A stretch of 64,000 nucleotides of DNA from Acidobacteriaceae bacterium (GTDB taxonomy: Bacteria > Acidobacteriota > Terriglobia > Terriglobales > Acidobacteriaceae). The DNA lies in assembly GCA_003134995.1 (NCBI GenBank), contig PLDC01000023.1:18431-82430 (forward strand). The letters are read 5' to 3'. How positions within the stretch are numbered: position 1 is the first letter of the stretch; each line of letters begins with the position of its first letter. This document shows, one piece after another, positions 59,404-64,000 of this stretch. The notes under the pieces are model-generated. The model saw only the letters and a program-made list of their open reading frames with translations, was not told the origin of the DNA and ran no database searches. The translations under genes and the position numbers were made by a program.

Positions 59404-59516
59404 TTGAAAGGGCGCGGCTTAAAGCCGCGCCGCAAATCGCTTTTATGGATTGTCATCCCGACCGGAGCTTCGCATTCCCGAAGGGAATGCGAAGCGGAGT
59501 GGAGGGACCTGCTGTT
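59404..59516 (+). repeat. Intergenic repeat element with two strong hairpins between the Mo-enzyme and cytochrome c genes
   Basis: GGCGCGGC(59411-59418)-ttaaa-GCCGCGCC(59424-59431). Perfect 12-bp stem CTTCGCATTCCC(59468-59479)-gaa-GGGAATGCGAAG(59483-59494). Flanking tgtcatcccgaccggag...ggagtggagggacctgctgttcg resembles a repeat type common in acidobacterial intergenic DNA (from recollection). Confidence 0.65.
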
Positions 59517-59891
59517 CGTACGCATGCAAGAAAGAATCTTGCAACAACCGTCGCCGCCATCGTCCTCATCGCTCTATCGGCCGCTTCTCCGTTCCGCGCT
59601 CACGCCCAAAAGCCCGCAGGAGCAAGCCTCACCGCTGATCTCCCCGCCGGCTCCATGCAAGCCAAAGCCACCACATCCTGTCTCGAATGTCACGAAGCCC
59701 GCATCATCCTCCAGCAGCGCCTAAGCAAAGCCGCGTGGACCAAAGAGGTCGACAAAATGACAAAATGGGGAGCGTTAGTCGATCCCGCCGATCGCGACGC
59801 GCTAATCGATTATCTAAGCGCGAACTTCAGCCCTGACAAGCCTCCCTACGAGCCGCCGCGAACCTCAGGCGGCAGTAGCTCGAGAAAGTAG
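59487..59891 (+). CDS. Mono-haem c-type cytochrome (SorB-like partner)
   Basis: CLECH haem-binding motif. Signal peptide ...RKNLATTVAAIVLIALSAASPFRAHA. Start uncertain: ATG 59487 lies inside the 3' arm of the 12-bp hairpin. The track start at 59370 would put about 45 repeat-encoded residues ahead of the signal peptide. Confidence 0.7.
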   Translation: MRSGVEGPAVRTHARKNLATTVAAIVLIALSAASPFRAHAQKPAGASLTADLPAGSMQAKATTSCLECHEARIILQQRLSKAAWTKEVDKMTKWGALVDPADRDALIDYLSANFSPDKPPYEPPRTSGGSSSRK

Positions 59892-59950
59892 TTGCGACAA
59901 AAATTGTCTGCAATTTCATTCTGCGCGAAACTCCCCGCTACAATGTTTCC

Positions 59951-60472
59951 GTGCCTTTCACCATTCGGGATTTCCAGCCCGCCGACTTCGACACCCTCTG
60001 GCAAATCGATCAGGATTGTTTTCCTCCCGGCATTTCCTACTCCCGCGCCGAACTCAGTTACTACATCCGCCGCCGCTCATCATTTACCTTGCTAGCCGTA
60101 CAAGCCGCAACAACCGATCCCGATCAGCCGCATTCGCAGGAAAAGCACAAAAGAAATTCTCCGCCCAACCCGACAGCAAACATCCCCATCGCAGGCTTCA
60201 TCGTAGCCGAAGCCGTTCGCGCCTCCGGCCACATCATTACGATCGACGTAGTCGCCTCCGCCCGCCGCTCTGGCGTCGGATCGCTCCTCCTCCACGCCAC
60301 CGAAGATCGTCTGCGCGCAGCACACTGCCGCTCAGTCGTACTCGAAACCGCCGTAGACAACATCCCCGCCCTGAAGTTCTACAAACTCCACGGCTACAGC
60401 GTAATCAAAACCCACCCCCGCTATTACTCCAACGGAGTAGACGCGCTAGTCCTCGAAAAAAATTTGTTTTAG
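59951..60472 (+). CDS. GNAT-family N-acetyltransferase (RimI-like)
   Basis: 173 aa, GTG start. IRDFQPADFDTLWQIDQDCF...IDVVASARRSGVGSLLL (acetyl-CoA R-x-x-G-x-G site) ...ALKFYKLHGY. Confidence 0.8.
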   Translation: MPFTIRDFQPADFDTLWQIDQDCFPPGISYSRAELSYYIRRRSSFTLLAVQAATTDPDQPHSQEKHKRNSPPNPTANIPIAGFIVAEAVRASGHIITIDVVASARRSGVGSLLLHATEDRLRAAHCRSVVLETAVDNIPALKFYKLHGYSVIKTHPRYYSNGVDALVLEKNLF

Positions 60473-60521
60473 CCGTGCTCCGCGGCCGTTCTCCGCGAAC
60501 TCCGCGATGAAAGGTTCTAGC
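60471..60521 (+). repeat. Dispersed intergenic repeat (CCNYGTG/CTCCGCG-unit family)
   Basis: agccgtgctccgcggccgttctccgcgaactccgcgatgaaaggttctagc. Confidence 0.5.
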
Positions 60522-60572
60522 ACTTCAGTTAAAGTTGCAAGAACCCACCCACTCCAATTACCTTCCCAATAA

Positions 60573-61445
60573 ATGTCCCCCGCTACCAAAGTAGCGATCC
60601 AAGGCGAACGAGGATCCTTCAGCCACGAAGCCGCCGAGCAAATGCTGCCCAACTGTGAAGTAGTCTCCTGCCCGCGCTCCGCCGAAGTATTCCACCGACT
60701 CCAGCGCGGATCGGTCTCAGCCGCCGTAATCCCCATAGAAAACTCGCTAGCCGGAACCGTAGCCGAGCACGCCGATCTCCTCGTCACGCAAGACGTTTTC
60801 ATCCAAGCCGAATTCCTGCTCCGCATAGTCCACAACGTAATCGCCGCTCCCGGCGTGAAGTTAAGCGCGCTGCGCAAAGTGCTCTCTCACCCAGTAGCGC
60901 TAGACCAATGCCGCGATTTCTTCCGCCACCATCCCCGCATCGAGCCCGTCCCGTTCTACGACACCGCCGGCAGCGTGAAGCATGTAGTAACCCACAATCT
61001 CCCCGACTCCGCCGGAATCGCCAGCCGCCACGCCGCCCGCGAATACTCCGGCAAAATTCTTCGCACCGGAATCGAAGACGACAAACGCAACTTCACCCGC
61101 TTCTTCCTGATTCGCAAATCTCCGAAGCCGCGGACCGCGACGAGAAAGGGGAGCGCAGCCAAGCTGAGCTACCGAAGCCTGATCCCGCCCAACGCAAACA
61201 AAACATCCTTAGCCTTCAAAGTAAAAAATGTCCCCGGAGCCCTCTTCAAATCGCTAAGCGTCTTCGCCCTCCGCGACATCAGCCTAAGCAAAATCGAATC
61301 CCGCCCCTTACGCGGACGCCCCTGGGAATACATCTTCTACGTAGACTTCCTCCGCGGCGACGACGAACCAGCAAGAAACGCCCTCCACGATCTGAGGGAA
61401 GTAGCGGAGCAAGTAAAAGTCTTGGGAATTTACAAAGCAAAGTAG
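60573..61445 (+). CDS. pheA: Prephenate dehydratase with ACT domain
   Basis: VAIQGERGSFSHEAA...IPIENSLAGTV...NFTRFFLI, then ACT region TSLAFKVKNVPGALFKSLSVFALRDISLSKIESRP. Confidence 0.88.
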   Translation: MSPATKVAIQGERGSFSHEAAEQMLPNCEVVSCPRSAEVFHRLQRGSVSAAVIPIENSLAGTVAEHADLLVTQDVFIQAEFLLRIVHNVIAAPGVKLSALRKVLSHPVALDQCRDFFRHHPRIEPVPFYDTAGSVKHVVTHNLPDSAGIASRHAAREYSGKILRTGIEDDKRNFTRFFLIRKSPKPRTATRKGSAAKLSYRSLIPPNANKTSLAFKVKNVPGALFKSLSVFALRDISLSKIESRPLRGRPWEYIFYVDFLRGDDEPARNALHDLREVAEQVKVLGIYKAK

Positions 61446-61479
61446 CGCCGGCATCTCTCCAAACGCATCCGCACGAAAA

Positions 61480-61531
61480 GGTTTACCCCGTGTTCCCCCG
61501 TGTCCTCCGTGTTAAAAGGTTTGGCTCTTGG
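61480..61531 (+). repeat. Dispersed intergenic repeat (CCNYGTG-unit family)
   Basis: ggtttaccccgtgttcccccgtgtcctccgtgttaaaaggtttggctcttgg has three units at 10-nt spacing plus TTAAAAGGTTT. Confidence 0.65.
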
Positions 61532-61641
61532 TTCCATCCCATAAGGAAACTGAAATCTCCTCCGCAATAGCTGCTGCACCTCCGATACACTACAAACCTT
61601 CCACAACAGGACTAGAATTCATTCTGCCAACCACGGGAAGC

Positions 61642-61670
61642 CTTGAAACCTTTCCCGAGGAATCACATCT
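61642..61670 (+). promoter_or_regulatory. Sigma32 (heat-shock)-like promoter upstream of lon
   Basis: CTTGAAA (61642-61648), 14-nt spacer, TCACATCT (61663-61670). Compare the E. coli consensus CTTGAAA-N13-15-CCCCATNT. It lies about 34 nt upstream of ATG 61704, whose RBS AAGGAGAG is at 61693-61700. Confidence 0.4.
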
Positions 61671-61703
61671 AAAGCTTGAGTCAGTTACACTCAAGGAGAG
61701 CCA

Positions 61704-64000
<2,297 letters not shown>

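Noticed and set aside
59370-59486. Track start (59370) for the cytochrome c gene, overlapping the end of the Mo-enzyme gene
   Set aside because: It would place about 45 residues encoded by a repeat element in front of an otherwise normal signal peptide. A downstream start is more plausible, though unproven.
60016-61570. 164-aa and 220-aa plus-strand ORFs rich in R, P and S overlapping the GNAT and pheA genes
   Set aside because: Alternate-frame artefacts. The annotated frames carry the GNAT and prephenate dehydratase/ACT signatures.

Overview
Gene-dense, GC-rich chromosomal segment. The gene content and the dispersed intergenic repeats suggest an Acidobacteriota (Terriglobia-like) genome; that assignment is inference only. 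I can support about 50 protein genes, most of them housekeeping or envelope functions. Translation, secretion and proteolysis: secA, metG, argS, lon (3' end off window), pepA, pheA, and a pair of M16 peptidases (one missing from the ORF track because it runs off the left edge). Recombination and repair: tandem xerD-xerC and a stand-alone LigD polymerase domain. Carbohydrate: a glgX/treX-treZ-treY trehalose operon, and a GDP-heptose-type operon (GHMP kinase, nucleotidyltransferase, fused GmhA-GmhB, transaldolase). Envelope and transport: a TolC-RND-MFP efflux operon, a porin, and two tandem VWA-domain proteins. Other: a molybdopterin sulfite-oxidase-like enzyme with a cytochrome c, one intact RelE/AbrB-type toxin-antitoxin pair, and one decayed PIN (vapC-like) gene. 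I found no rRNA, tRNA, CRISPR array, transposase or phage genes. I did not find a convincing new multi-gene defence-type system. The items most worth a second look are: (1) an in-frame TGA inside the rhodanese active-site loop of a DedA-rhodanese fusion, with a downstream hairpin (selenocysteine candidate versus nonsense mutation); (2) a diverged second copy of the PP2C phosphatase 3' end that, with the intact gene, brackets the 6.5-kb efflux block; (3) an adenylating-enzyme/carrier-protein/acyltransferase tri-domain protein; (4) the VWA paralogue pair, one carrying a roughly 50-residue glycine tract; (5) several families of short dispersed intergenic repeats, one of which supplies the probable start codon of the cytochrome c gene. 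All coordinates and motifs come from my own reading of the sequence. No database search was run.
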